A stretch of 64,000 nucleotides of DNA. Source: Gemmatimonadota bacterium (GTDB taxonomy: Bacteria; Gemmatimonadota; Gemmatimonadetes; Gemmatimonadales; GWC2-71-9). The notes beneath the pieces were generated by a model. That model worked only from the letters and a program-made list of their open reading frames with translations, searched no databases and was not told where the DNA came from. The DNA is taken from positions 3,688-67,687 of the forward strand of contig QHUK01000010.1 of NCBI GenBank assembly GCA_003222085.1, in the 5' to 3' direction. The first letter of the stretch is position 1. Every line of letters starts with the position of its first letter. Shown one piece after another: positions 16,618-26,475 of this stretch. The position numbers and the translations under genes were made by a program.

Positions 16618-19600
16618 ATGTACGTCGAGCTCCACTGCCACTCCGCTTTCTCGTTCCTCGACGGCGCCTCGCTCCCCGAGCAGCTCGCGCTCACCGCGTC
16701 GCAGCTCGGCTACCCCGCGCTCGCGCTCACCGACCACAACGGCCTGTACGGCTCGATGGCGTTCGCGCAAGAAGCGAAACAGCTCGGCATCCAGGCGATC
16801 ACCGGCGCGGAGCTGACCCTACTCGACGGCTCTCACGTGACGATTCTCGCGGAGACGCCTGAGGGGTACGCGAACCTCTGCCGGTTGATTACGGAGGCTC
16901 ATCTCGGTCGTGAAGACCGGCGCGACCCGCGGCTCGATTTCGCCTCGCTCGAAGCCCGGCACGCAGGGCTCATCGTGCTGTCGGGATGCCGCAACGGGCT
17001 GCTCCCTCAGGTGCTGCGGCGCGACGGCCCGGCCGCTGTCCGTCGCGTCGCCGAGCGGTGTCGTGCGGTGTTCGGGAAGGACAACTTTGTCGTCGAGCTG
17101 CAGCGCAATTATGTACGGGGCGATCTGGCCCTGACCCGGGCGCTGAAAGCCCTCGCGGACGACGCGCAGCTGGGCGTCGTGGCGTCGGGCAACGTGCATT
17201 ATCACGCCCGCCCGCGTCACCGTCTGCACGACGTGCTGGTGGCGATCCGGCACCGCACCACGCTCGACGGCTCGCACGACGTGCGGCATGCGAACAGCGA
17301 GTTCTTCCTGCGCCCGCACGAAGAGGTCGAGGCGCTGTTTCGTGACTGTCCGAATGCTGTCGCTAATACTCTAGCCCTGGCGGAGCGCTGCCGGGGGTTC
17401 GATCTCACGCGGGATCTGGGATATCGGTTTCCCGATTTCAACGGCGCCGAGCGCGCCCCCGCCCCGCGAGCGCTCGCCGAGCTGTGCCGGGCGAGACTGG
17501 AAGAGCGCTACCCTCCGGATTCCCCCCACCGCGACGCCGCGGAGCGGCGGCTCGCCGAGGAGCTGCGGCTGGTCGAGCACCATGCGCTCTCGGGGTTCTT
17601 TCTCGTCTATCACGACCTGTTCGACCTGGCCCGGGAAGTCGCCGTCGACGTGCGGCGCGGCTCGCGGCGGGCGCAGGGCGGCCTGCTCCCCGGTCGCGGT
17701 CGCGGCTCATCGGTCTCCTCCGTCGTGTGCTACCTGCTCGGCCTCTCGCACATCGACCCGGTCGCGACCCGGCTGTTCATCGGGCGGTTCCTGAGCGAGA
17801 CCCTCGCCTCGGTGCCGGACATCGACCTCGATTTCCCGCGCGAGATCCGCGAGGAGCTGATCCGGCGGGTGTACAAGCGGTACGGCGACGAGCACGTCGG
17901 GCTCGTCTGCTCGTTCCCCACCTATCGCCTGCGCTCGACGGTGCGGGAGATCGGCAAGGCGCTCGATCTGCCGCCGGGCGAGATCGAGCAGGTCGCGAAA
18001 CTGGCGGACCGGCGATCCGGCGGACTGGCGGACGAATTGGACCAGCTTCCCGGATTCGCGGGGCGACGGAGCGCGCCGCTCTGGAAAGAGCTGTGCGAGC
18101 TCGCCGAGGAGATCGCGGGGCTGCCGCGGCACATTTCCCAGCACGTGGGCGGGATGGTCATCTCGAGCCGGCCGCTCGTGGAGATCGTGCCGCTCGAGCG
18201 CGCCGCCATGGAAGACCGGGTGGTATGCCAGTGGGACAAGGATGCCTGCGACGACGCACGCTTCATCAAGATCGACTTCCTGGCGCTCGGCATGCTGTCG
18301 CTCGTGGAAGAGTGTGTCGAGCGGATCGCCGTGCACCAGGGAGCGCCACCCGACCTCTCGCGCATCGACTTCGAGGACCCCGCGGTGTACGACCGCATCT
18401 GCCGGGGCGACACGGTTGGACTGTTCCAGATCGAGAGCCGGGCGCAGATCCAGATGATCCGTCGCACCCGACCCACCAACCTCGAAGACCTGGCGGTCGA
18501 GGTCGCGATCGTGCGGCCCGGCCCGATCGTGGGAGGAGCGGTGAACCCGTACGTGCGACGCCGCGAGGAGCAGCGCCGCGCCCGGGCCGCCGGTCGCGCC
18601 TACGAGCCGCCGCTCGAGCATCCCCTGCTCAAGGAAGCGCTCGACGAAACGCTCGGCGTGATCCTCTATCAGGACCAGGTGCTGCAGGTGTGCCAGGCGC
18701 TCGCCGGATTCACGGCGGGCCAGGCCGAGGCCTTGCGGCGGGCGATGAGCCGGCGGCGCAGCCGCGAGTTGATGGCGGGGTTCTGGGAGGAGTTCAAGGA
18801 GGGCGCGGCGGCGCGCGGCGTCCCCGAGCAGACAGCAGAGCGCGTGTTCACACAGGTGATCGCGTTCTCGGAGTTCGGTTTCCCCAAGTCGCACGCCGCG
18901 GCGTTCGGCCTGCTCGCCTACCAGTCGGCGTGGCTCAGGCATTATCACCCGGCCGAGTACTATTGCGCCCTCTTCAACAACCAGCCGATGGGGTTCTACT
19001 CGCTCGACGCGCTGGGACGCGATGCCCAGCGGAACGGCGTCGAGATCCGGCTGCCGGATGTGAATCTGAGTGACGTATGGAGCACGATAGAGCGGGAAAG
19101 GGGAAACGGGAAACGGGAAACGGGAGGCGTTCGGATCGGGCTTGGGTTCGTGCGCGACTGGAGCGAGGAGACGGCGACGGCGGTCGTGATCGAGCGCGAG
19201 CGGCGCGGGCCGTACGCGAGTATCGGCGACTTCGTGCGCCGGGCGCCGCCCAAGCTCAAGCGCACCGCGATCGAGCATCTCGTGTGGGTGGGAGGATGCG
19301 ACGGCTTCGGGCTCACCCGGCGCGAGCTCCTGTGGCAGGTGGGGCTGTGGCTGCCTCCGGAATCGGAGCACGGGGTGGACGCGCGCGCACGGCGGCAGCT
19401 CGAGCTGGCGCTCAATCATCCCCACGAGGGACTCCGATTCGGCGGCCTCGAGGCGGCCGAGCGGCTGCTCGCGGAGTATGACGTCCTGGGGTTCGCCGCG
19501 AGCGGCCATCCGCTCTCGCTGCTCCGCGGGGCGCTGCCGCCGGGTATCGTGCAGAGCGACACGCTCCCCCGGCTCGAGCACGGAGCGTGGGTCGAAGTCG

Positions 19601-19953
19601 CCGGGCTGGTGGTCGCGCGCCAGCGACCCGAGACGGCGAAGGGATTCATATTTGTGCTGGTCGAGGATGAGGCGGGGATGGTGAACGTGATCGTGCGGCC
19701 CGACGTGTACGAGCGCTATCGCACCGCGGTCCGCGGCGAGCCGCTCTTGTGGGTGCGCGGTAAGCTCGCCAAGGACGACGGGACGGTGAACGTGATCGCG
19801 GAAGAGGCGAGGGGGCTCAAAGTCGGAACGTGGAACGCGGAAGGCGGAACGGACGGCGGGCCTGCCAGTTCCGCGTTCCCACTTCCGCATTCCGCGTTCG
19901 ACTTTCTTAAGTCCATGCGTCGCCTCGCGCCGGAGTCCAAGGATTGGGGGTAG
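16618..19953 (+). CDS. dnaE2: Error-prone DNA polymerase III alpha-like subunit DnaE2
   Basis: It has the PHP-domain N-terminus 'MYVELHCHSAFSFLDGASLPEQL...LALTDHNGLYG', a length of about 1111 aa, and sits in an imuB-dnaE2 arrangement. Confidence 0.9.
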   Translation: MYVELHCHSAFSFLDGASLPEQLALTASQLGYPALALTDHNGLYGSMAFAQEAKQLGIQAITGAELTLLDGSHVTILAETPEGYANLCRLITEAHLGREDRRDPRLDFASLEARHAGLIVLSGCRNGLLPQVLRRDGPAAVRRVAERCRAVFGKDNFVVELQRNYVRGDLALTRALKALADDAQLGVVASGNVHYHARPRHRLHDVLVAIRHRTTLDGSHDVRHANSEFFLRPHEEVEALFRDCPNAVANTLALAERCRGFDLTRDLGYRFPDFNGAERAPAPRALAELCRARLEERYPPDSPHRDAAERRLAEELRLVEHHALSGFFLVYHDLFDLAREVAVDVRRGSRRAQGGLLPGRGRGSSVSSVVCYLLGLSHIDPVATRLFIGRFLSETLASVPDIDLDFPREIREELIRRVYKRYGDEHVGLVCSFPTYRLRSTVREIGKALDLPPGEIEQVAKLADRRSGGLADELDQLPGFAGRRSAPLWKELCELAEEIAGLPRHISQHVGGMVISSRPLVEIVPLERAAMEDRVVCQWDKDACDDARFIKIDFLALGMLSLVEECVERIAVHQGAPPDLSRIDFEDPAVYDRICRGDTVGLFQIESRAQIQMIRRTRPTNLEDLAVEVAIVRPGPIVGGAVNPYVRRREEQRRARAAGRAYEPPLEHPLLKEALDETLGVILYQDQVLQVCQALAGFTAGQAEALRRAMSRRRSRELMAGFWEEFKEGAAARGVPEQTAERVFTQVIAFSEFGFPKSHAAAFGLLAYQSAWLRHYHPAEYYCALFNNQPMGFYSLDALGRDAQRNGVEIRLPDVNLSDVWSTIERERGNGKRETGGVRIGLGFVRDWSEETATAVVIERERRGPYASIGDFVRRAPPKLKRTAIEHLVWVGGCDGFGLTRRELLWQVGLWLPPESEHGVDARARRQLELALNHPHEGLRFGGLEAAERLLAEYDVLGFAASGHPLSLLRGALPPGIVQSDTLPRLEHGAWVEVAGLVVARQRPETAKGFIFVLVEDEAGMVNVIVRPDVYERYRTAVRGEPLLWVRGKLAKDDGTVNVIAEEARGLKVGTWNAEGGTDGGPASSAFPLPHSAFDFLKSMRRLAPESKDWG
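19094..19128. repeat. GGGAAAC heptamer tandem array inside dnaE2
   Basis: The array is gggaaag gggaaac gggaaac gggaaac gggaggc, translated as ERERGNGKRETGG. A related array, gggaaac gggagat gggaaac, occurs at 16404-16424 in the small ORF. Confidence 0.7.
19825..19899. repeat. GGAACGC-type heptamer hairpin element in the dnaE2 3' coding region
   Basis: The left arm is ggaacgt ggaacgc ggaaggc ggaacgg. The loop is 15 nt. The right arm is gttcc gcgttcc cacttcc gcattcc gcgttc. It shares a 21-nt identical stretch (gttccgcgttcccacttccgc) with the reverse complement of the imuB element arm. Confidence 0.8.
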
Positions 19954-19958
19954 CGGCA

Positions 19959-19986
19959 TTGACATCGTCACGGCGCCGGATAGCCT
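19959..19986 (+). promoter_or_regulatory. Candidate sigma70-type promoter giving a leaderless transcript
   Basis: The layout is TTGACA (19959-19964), 16 nt, then TAGCCT (19981-19986). The ATG of the downstream gene lies 6 nt after the -10 element. Confidence 0.35.
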
Positions 19987-19992
19987 TGCTCC

Positions 19993-21057
19993 ATGCCGAT
20001 CCCCACCGAACCCATTGGCAGCATCCCCAGACCCCCGGAGCTCGTCGCGGGGATGCAGCAGCTCGCCACCGGTCGCCTCACGCGCGACCAGTTCGCCCGA
20101 CTCCAGGACGCGGCGATCCACGACACCATCCGGCGGTTCGAAGCGACCGAGTCCCCCGTCATCACCGACGGTGAGCAGGCGAAACCCAGCTTCGCCACCT
20201 ACCCGATCCACGGGCTCACGAACCTCGCACCCGACGGCGTCACGATCCCGTTCGCCGACGGACACACGCGGCAGCTCCCCCGGCTCACCGCCGGGCCGTT
20301 CCGCTATCAGACGTACGCCGACGCATATCTCGCGAGCGCGCGAGCGCACGCCCACGTGCCCGTCAAACAGGCGGTGATCGCGGCCTCGGCGCTCAGCCTG
20401 CTCTATCCGGAGGACGGCATCACAGGGTATCCGCGCGAAGCGTTTCTCAAGGATCTCGTGCGCGAGGCGGAGACGGACATCCGCCGGTGTCTCGCGAAGG
20501 GTGCCCACGTGGTGCAGCTCGATTTCACCGAAGGCCGGCTCGCGGTGAAGTTCGATCCATCGCTGGGCCTGCTCAGGATGTTCGTGGACCTGAACAATCA
20601 GGTACTCGAGCGCTTCACGGCCGACGAGCGCCGCAGGATCGGCGTTCACACCTGTCCGGGCGGCGACCGGGACTCGACGCACAGCGCGGACGTGGACTAC
20701 GCGGAGCTCCTGCCCACGCTGTTTGAGCTGAAGGCGACGAACTTCTACATCCAGTGCGCGAGTGAGCCGGACCGCGGCAGGGTGCTGCGCCTCATGAAGG
20801 AGCACAGCAAGCCCGGCCAGCGGATTTTCGTCGGCGTGATCGATCCGATCGATCCACGGGTTGAGACGCCCGACGAAGTCCGGGACCGGGTCCTGGAGGC
20901 GGCGGAGTACATCGCGCTCGACCGGCTCGGCACCACCGACGACTGCGGCTTCGCGCCCTTCGGCGACGACACCTCCACCGACCGCGAGACGGCATTCGCC
21001 AAGATCCGCGCACGCGTGGCCGGCACCGCGCTGGCGGCCCGGGCGCTGCGGGCGTGA
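19993..21057 (+). CDS. Cobalamin-independent methionine synthase (MetE C-terminal-like) family protein
   Basis: At 354 aa, '[14 protein letters not shown]' and '...[14 protein letters not shown]...[13 protein letters not shown]' are typical of the COG0620/methionine synthase II family. Confidence 0.7.
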   Translation: MPIPTEPIGSIPRPPELVAGMQQLATGRLTRDQFARLQDAAIHDTIRRFEATESPVITDGEQAKPSFATYPIHGLTNLAPDGVTIPFADGHTRQLPRLTAGPFRYQTYADAYLASARAHAHVPVKQAVIAASALSLLYPEDGITGYPREAFLKDLVREAETDIRRCLAKGAHVVQLDFTEGRLAVKFDPSLGLLRMFVDLNNQVLERFTADERRRIGVHTCPGGDRDSTHSADVDYAELLPTLFELKATNFYIQCASEPDRGRVLRLMKEHSKPGQRIFVGVIDPIDPRVETPDEVRDRVLEAAEYIALDRLGTTDDCGFAPFGDDTSTDRETAFAKIRARVAGTALAARALRA

Positions 21058-21112
21058 TCACGCCTTGCCGCTCAGGCTAACTTTCGCAAGAACGCGGAAA
21101 GGGGATGTGCGG

Positions 21113-21661
21113 ATGCCGCAACGCGAAGTGGCAACCCTCGCCGGCGGGTGCTTCTGGTGTCTGGAAGCCGCCTTCCAGGACTTGAAGGGTGTCGAGAAGG
21201 TTCAGTCGGGCTACGCCGGGGGGCGCGTGGCGAACCCGTCGTACGAGGACGTCTGCACCGGCACCACGGGCCACGCCGAGGTCGTGCAGATCACCTTCGA
21301 CCCCACCGTCGTGTCGTTCAACGACCTGCTCCACATCTTTTTCACGATTCACGATCCGACCACGCTCAACCGCCAGGGCGGGGACGTGGGCACCCAGTAC
21401 CGCTCGGCCGTCTTCTACCACACCCCGGAGCAGAAGACCGTGACGGAGCAGGTCATCAGGGAGCTCGAGGCGGAGCACATCTGGGACGATCCGATCGTGA
21501 CCGAGGTGAAGCCGCTCGAGGCCTTCTATCCGGCCGAGGAGTACCACCGCGACTACTATCGCCGCAACCCGAACCAGGGCTACTGCCGCGCGGTGATCGC
21601 GCCCAAAGTGGCCAAGGTCCGCAAGCTCTATTTCGACAGGCTGAAGCAATCGGCGAATTGA
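21113..21661 (+). CDS. msrA: Peptide-methionine (S)-S-oxide reductase
   Basis: It has the active-site motif '[15 protein letters not shown]' and '[12 protein letters not shown]'. The ATG at 21113 is preceded by AAAGGGGA. Confidence 0.9.
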   Translation: MPQREVATLAGGCFWCLEAAFQDLKGVEKVQSGYAGGRVANPSYEDVCTGTTGHAEVVQITFDPTVVSFNDLLHIFFTIHDPTTLNRQGGDVGTQYRSAVFYHTPEQKTVTEQVIRELEAEHIWDDPIVTEVKPLEAFYPAEEYHRDYYRRNPNQGYCRAVIAPKVAKVRKLYFDRLKQSAN

Positions 21662-21670
21662 GGAGACACG

Positions 21671-22105
21671 ATGCGCTGGTCGATATTTGCGCTGCTTGTC
21701 GCGGCGCCGGTGTTGGCGGCGGCCCAGGCGCCGCCCGCCGGCGCGAGTGAGCCGTTCGTGGTGGAGTATTACTACAAGACCCGCTGGGGCTTCGCCGACG
21801 AGTTCATCCGGCTCTTCAAGAAGAACCACTTCCCGGTATTGAAGCGCGAGATCGAGCTGGGGCACATCCAGCGGGTCACCGCGGAGGCACCGAGGTTCCA
21901 CGGGACCGAGGAGGGCCGCTGGGACTATCGCATAACGATCGTGTGGAAGAACGCCGCCGCACCGCACGAGCCGTTCCCCGAGGCGGAGCTCAAGCGCCTG
22001 TTTCCTGACCAGGACACGTTTCGGCGCGAAGAGCAGCGGCGTTTCGAAATCCTCGCCGCGCACTGGGACCTGCCGGTGGTCAGCGTGGATCTGACGCGGC
22101 CGTAA
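21671..22105 (+). CDS. Hypothetical secreted protein
   Basis: It has the signal peptide '[20 protein letters not shown]' and no recognisable family. Its 3' end overlaps the convergent lhr by 26 nt. Confidence 0.5.
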   Translation: MRWSIFALLVAAPVLAAAQAPPAGASEPFVVEYYYKTRWGFADEFIRLFKKNHFPVLKREIELGHIQRVTAEAPRFHGTEEGRWDYRITIVWKNAAAPHEPFPEAELKRLFPDQDTFRREEQRRFEILAAHWDLPVVSVDLTRP

Positions 22106-25100
22106 AGGCGGGCCGGCTCTTTCCGAGATACGTCCGCACGAGCGGAGCCACGCGCCCGCGCACCAGAGCGGACTTGAGCCGCTCCCGTTCATCCGGCGCG
22201 ACCTCCACCAGGTACCGCTCGCCGCTCCCAGCTCCCTCCTTGATCGCGACGGGGATCCCGTCTCGATACAGGATCCGGTTCGTCGCAACCCCGGCGAGCA
22301 CGTCTCCCGGCGTCACGATCCCTACCAGGTTGAGCGGGTCGGCCCCGCTCACGGCCACCAGCTCCCCGCGGGGCTCCTCGCGCCGCACGCGGCGGAGCAA
22401 CCCCACGGCTTCCGGCAGGGCGTATTGCTCGCCCGAGAACCCGCCCACGAAGCGCCCGCCGCGAATCTCGCCGCGCGCCTCGAGCCGGCGGTACACCCGC
22501 AGGATGTCGCGCCACGGCGTGAGCAATGTCTCGCGCGTCACCAGCCGACGGAACACCACCCCGTAGCGGCGCAGCAGCTGCCACGCGACCGCTTCCGCGA
22601 CGGCCTCTTCCTGGAGCGGCGCTGCCAGGCGCCGCACCCGCGACCATCGCCCCGCCGTCTCGACCCCGAACGGCGCTACACGCCCCCGTCGCCGGAACCC
22701 GCCCCCCCCGATAGGGCGGCGCCGGTCGGACGGCACGAGCAGCGCTCGCAGCCCGGCGAAGCTGTCCGAGGTCACCAGCCCCCACGCGACCAGCTCCCCG
22801 AGTCCCTTCTCGACTTCGGTGCGTAACAGTCCGGTCGCGTTCGTGAGGTCGCCAAAGAACGACGCGCCGCGCTCGTCGAGCGCCTCGAGCACGGCCCGGG
22901 CCGAGTGTGACAGTGACAGGTGCGCTGGATCGGCCTGCACCGTGAGGGACTGCCAGACCACTCCCCGCTCCCTGCGAAACAGCGCAATCGGCGTGGTGCG
23001 AATCGGCCCGGCTTTGTGACCCCCCCCGTTCGACGGCGCCGCCGGCGACAACCGGCCCCAGGCGATCTCCCCGGACAGGCACAGGCCGTCGAGCCACAGA
23101 GGGTCGTAGTCGCCGAGCCGCGCGGGGAGCACGTCCGCCTCCCAGGCCGCCGCCGGCGCCTCGTATCCGTCGAGCAGCTCGAGCACTGCACCAAGCCCGT
23201 CCGGCCCCTCGGCCCGGGCATCGGGTGCGGCGCGCTGCCACTCGAGCAGGAACCGCATGAAGTCCGCCGCGGTGACCGGCTCGATTTCCTGGCGCAGCCG
23301 GTCGAGCGTGTAGCGGTGGATGCGGGCGAGCAGGCGCCGCTCGCACCATTCGAGCTCCACGACGCCGGGAGTGAACCGGCCGCGCAGCACGAAGCCCTCG
23401 TGCTCGAGCGCGCCGAGCGCGAAGTCCACGTCCCCGGCCGGGACGCCCAGCGATCGTGCGATGTCGGCGGCCGTCGTGGGACCGACCGCCTCGAGCCGGC
23501 CGCGCACCAGCTCGCGCACCGCATCCTCGCGCGTCCATACCTTGGCCCGATCTCGTTCCGGCACCACCAGCGGCGGCTCGCACCGAGCTCCCGGGAACAC
23601 CGCCTCCAGCATCGGCAGCCGCTCGGCGGCCACGCACAGGTGCGGGTCGTGCGACAGCATCCCCGCTCGTCCAGCTCTCGCCAGCTCCTCGAAATACCCT
23701 TGCTGTTCCGCGTTCCGCGTTCCGACTTCCGCGTTGGGAATGGCGCCCATCACGAGCAACGCATCGTGCAGCTCGTCGGCGCTCGCGACCTCCGGCCACG
23801 CCTCCTCCTTCACCCGATCAATCGCCGCCTGATCGAGCTTGCCCAGCTCCTCGGCGGTCTTCACGTCAAGGCCGCGCCGTGTGATCACGGCCTGAGTGCG
23901 GCGCTCCTCGAGCGGCGCGTCGTCGAGGAAGGCGTAGGGCTTGGCATTGATCACCTCGTGGGCGAGCGGCGACGGCTCCGTCGTGTCGCGCGCCACGAGC
24001 GTGAACTGTCCCGCCGCCATCCCCTCGAGCACGCCCTTCAGACCCGGGAAGTCCATCGCTTCCAGCAGACAGTCCGCGATGGTCTGCTGCACCAGCGGAT
24101 GGTCGGGAATCTCCCGGTCCCCCACGAGGTTCTCGGGGCACGCGAGCTGGTCGGGGAACACGGCGGCCACCAGGTCCTCCGCGTCCATGCGCTGGAGCGG
24201 CGTGGGCACCTTCTTCCCGCCTCGCGCGCGCAGCACGGCGAGCGCCCGCGTCGCGTTCCAGCGCCAGCGCGAGCCGAACATCGGCGCGTCCAGCATCGCC
24301 TGCACCAGCAGGTGCTCCGCCGTCTCGGGCTTCAGATACTGGAACACGTCCTCGAGCGGGAAGCTGTGCTGGGGCCCGAGCGACAGGACGATCGCGTCCT
24401 CGGTGGCCGCGGCCTGGAGCTCGAAGTTGAAGCTGCGGCAGAACCGCTTGCGGAGCGCGAGTCCCCACGCGCGGTTCACCCGACTCCCGAACGGCGCGTG
24501 CAGCACCAGCTGCATCCCCCCCGCCTCGTCGAAGAAGCGCTCCAACACGAGCGTCTCCTGGGTCGGGGTGACCCCGAGGATCCTCTTCGAGGCCTCGAGA
24601 TACTCGACCATCTGCCGGGCCGCGGCCTCGGGGACGCCCGGGATCTCGCGCGCGAGCCACGTATTCGCCTCGCGGACGTCACCTAGCCGGGCGTCGACGT
24701 CCCGGCGCAGGCGAGACACCTCTTGCGATAGCTCCGGCGTGCGACCCGGCGCCTCCCCCAGCCAGAACGGGATCGACGGGGGCTGGCCCTGGGCGTCCAC
24801 GACGCGCACCTGGCCCGACTCGATCCTCTCGATCCGATACGATCGGTTGCCCAGCTGGAAGATGTCGCCGGGCATGCTCTCGATGGCGAAATCCTCGTTG
24901 AGCGTTCCGACGAAGGTCTCTGTCGGCTCGAGGATAACGCGGTAGTCGCCGATGTCCGGAATCGCCCCGCCCGACGTGAGCGCGGCGAGTCGGGCGCCGC
25001 GCCGCGCGCGCAGCCGGCGATTCACGCCATCGTAGTGGACGTAGGCGCCGCGCCGCCCGCGCCGCGTCGTGAATCCGTCGGCGAGCATCTGCACCACGGC

Positions 25101-26456
25101 GTCGAAGTCCTTGCGCGACACGTCGCGATACGGGTACGCCCCGCGCACCAAGTCGAACAGGCCGTCCTCCTGCCACTCCTCGCACGCCACCGCGGCCACG
25201 ATCTGCTGCGCCAGGATGTCGAGCGGGTGCGCCGGGATGATCAAGCGGTCGAGGCGGCGCTCCCGTGCGGCCCGCACCAGCGCGGCGCACTCGATCAGCT
25301 CGTCGCGCGACAACGGGAACAGCCGGCCCTTGGGAACGGCGGCGAGATGGTGTCCCGAGCGACCTACGCGCTGCAACAGCGTCGCGATCGAGCGGGTCGA
25401 GCCGATCTGACACACCAAGTCCACCGCACCGATGTCGATCCCTAGCTCGAGCGACGCCGTCGCGACCAGCGCCTTGAGCTTTCCCTCCTTGAGCCTGGTC
25501 TCCGCGTCGAGGCGCTTTTCCTTGGAGAGGCTGCCGTGGTGCGACGTCACTTGATCCGCGCCCAGCCGCTCGGAGAGATGCAGCGTCAACCGCTCCGCCA
25601 GCCGGCGCGTGTTCACGAACACCAGCGTGGTGCGATGCTCGAGGATCAGCTGGACCAGGCGCTCGTAGATCTCCTCCCACACCTCGGCCGCCATGACCGC
25701 CTCGAGCGGCGAGGAGGGAATCTCGATCGCCAGGTCGAGCGTGCGGGCGTGGCCGGAGTCGATCACGCTCGGGGCTTGGGACTCGGGGCTGGGGGCTCGT
25801 TTGGTGCCCACCAGAAACTGGGCGATGTCCTCGATGGGCTTCTGCGTCGCCGAGAGCCCGATGCGCTGGAGACGCCGCCCGGCGAGGTGCTCGAGCCGTT
25901 CGAGCGACAGCGCCAGGTGGCTCCCCCGCTTGTCGCGCGCCACGGCGTGGATCTCGTCCACGATCACGGTGCGCACGCCGCGCAGCATCTCGCGGGCGCG
26001 CTCGGACGTGAGGATGAGATAGAGAGACTCGGGCGTGGTGACGAGGATGTGCGGGGGCCGCCGCACCATCTCCTGGCGCTCCGCGCCCGGCGTGTCGCCG
26101 GTCCGCACCAGCGTGCGGATCTCCACATCCGGCAGGCACGATGCTTCCAGCGTGCGGCGGATCTCGGCAAGGGGCTCTGCCAGGTTCTTCTGAACGTCGT
26201 TCGAGAGCGCTTTGAGCGGCGAGACGTACACGACCTGCGTGCCGTCGGTGAGGGTGCCGTCGAGGCCCTGACGCAGCAGTGAATCGATGGCGGCGAGAAA
26301 GGCCGCGAACGTCTTACCGGAGCCGGTGGGCGCGGCGATCAGGGCGTTCCGGCCCGCCTGGATGAGTGGCCACGCGCGCCGCTGTGGCTCGGTGGGCTCG
26401 CGGAATCGCGACCCAAACCAGCGCTCGATGACGGGGTGAAAGCCAGACAACGACAT
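22080..26456 (-). CDS. lhr: Lhr-family ATP-dependent helicase (large DEAD/DEAH-box)
   Basis: It has '[39 protein letters not shown]', 'VIVDEIHA', '[10 protein letters not shown]', and the long C-terminal Lhr extension. The start MSLSGFHPV at 26456 is chosen. Confidence 0.9.
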   Translation of the reverse strand: MSLSGFHPVIERWFGSRFREPTEPQRRAWPLIQAGRNALIAAPTGSGKTFAAFLAAIDSLLRQGLDGTLTDGTQVVYVSPLKALSNDVQKNLAEPLAEIRRTLEASCLPDVEIRTLVRTGDTPGAERQEMVRRPPHILVTTPESLYLILTSERAREMLRGVRTVIVDEIHAVARDKRGSHLALSLERLEHLAGRRLQRIGLSATQKPIEDIAQFLVGTKRAPSPESQAPSVIDSGHARTLDLAIEIPSSPLEAVMAAEVWEEIYERLVQLILEHRTTLVFVNTRRLAERLTLHLSERLGADQVTSHHGSLSKEKRLDAETRLKEGKLKALVATASLELGIDIGAVDLVCQIGSTRSIATLLQRVGRSGHHLAAVPKGRLFPLSRDELIECAALVRAARERRLDRLIIPAHPLDILAQQIVAAVACEEWQEDGLFDLVRGAYPYRDVSRKDFDAVVQMLADGFTTRRGRRGAYVHYDGVNRRLRARRGARLAALTSGGAIPDIGDYRVILEPTETFVGTLNEDFAIESMPGDIFQLGNRSYRIERIESGQVRVVDAQGQPPSIPFWLGEAPGRTPELSQEVSRLRRDVDARLGDVREANTWLAREIPGVPEAAARQMVEYLEASKRILGVTPTQETLVLERFFDEAGGMQLVLHAPFGSRVNRAWGLALRKRFCRSFNFELQAAATEDAIVLSLGPQHSFPLEDVFQYLKPETAEHLLVQAMLDAPMFGSRWRWNATRALAVLRARGGKKVPTPLQRMDAEDLVAAVFPDQLACPENLVGDREIPDHPLVQQTIADCLLEAMDFPGLKGVLEGMAAGQFTLVARDTTEPSPLAHEVINAKPYAFLDDAPLEERRTQAVITRRGLDVKTAEELGKLDQAAIDRVKEEAWPEVASADELHDALLVMGAIPNAEVGTRNAEQQGYFEELARAGRAGMLSHDPHLCVAAERLPMLEAVFPGARCEPPLVVPERDRAKVWTREDAVRELVRGRLEAVGPTTAADIARSLGVPAGDVDFALGALEHEGFVLRGRFTPGVVELEWCERRLLARIHRYTLDRLRQEIEPVTAADFMRFLLEWQRAAPDARAEGPDGLGAVLELLDGYEAPAAAWEADVLPARLGDYDPLWLDGLCLSGEIAWGRLSPAAPSNGGGHKAGPIRTTPIALFRRERGVVWQSLTVQADPAHLSLSHSARAVLEALDERGASFFGDLTNATGLLRTEVEKGLGELVAWGLVTSDSFAGLRALLVPSDRRRPIGGGGFRRRGRVAPFGVETAGRWSRVRRLAAPLQEEAVAEAVAWQLLRRYGVVFRRLVTRETLLTPWRDILRVYRRLEARGEIRGGRFVGGFSGEQYALPEAVGLLRRVRREEPRGELVAVSGADPLNLVGIVTPGDVLAGVATNRILYRDGIPVAIKEGAGSGERYLVEVAPDERERLKSALVRGRVAPLVRTYLGKSRPAFTAASDPR
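23703..23735. repeat. Solo GGAACGC-type heptamer array inside lhr
   Basis: The array is ctgttcc gcgttcc gcgttcc gacttcc gcgtt. No partner arm lies within about 100 nt. On the minus strand it is translated as [14 protein letters not shown]. Confidence 0.7.
25771..25798. repeat. GGGGCTN heptamer array inside lhr
   Basis: The array is ggggctt gggactc ggggctg ggggctc, translated on the minus strand as ...[11 protein letters not shown]... Confidence 0.5.
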
Positions 26457-26475
26457 ACTCAAATATGGCGAAGAT

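Noticed and set aside
15397-19899. The possibility that the short repeats form a CRISPR array.
   Set aside because: The units are 7-8 nt, degenerate and directly abutting with no spacers. They occur as inverted arms inside coding sequence, and no cas genes are present.
20135-20150. A GGTTCGAAGC string resembling a tRNA T-arm.
   Set aside because: It lies inside the MetE-like coding frame, and no acceptor, D or anticodon stems can be drawn around it. No tRNA-like cloverleaf was found anywhere in the window.
17707-20805. A 1032-aa ORF on the minus strand, the longest unexplained ORF in the track.
   Set aside because: It lies antisense to dnaE2 and the MetE-like gene, and its product is Arg/Gly/Pro/Ala-rich low-complexity sequence with no motifs. 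This is the typical stop-codon-poor antisense frame of very GC-rich DNA.
22189-24660. Alternate-frame ORFs inside lhr (536 aa at 22189-23799, 588 aa at 22920-24686, 264 aa at 23866-24660, and a further 486 aa ORF just beyond this span at 24679-26139).
   Set aside because: All overlap the 1458-aa Lhr frame, which carries the helicase motifs. Their products are low-complexity Arg/Ala/Gly/Pro sequence.
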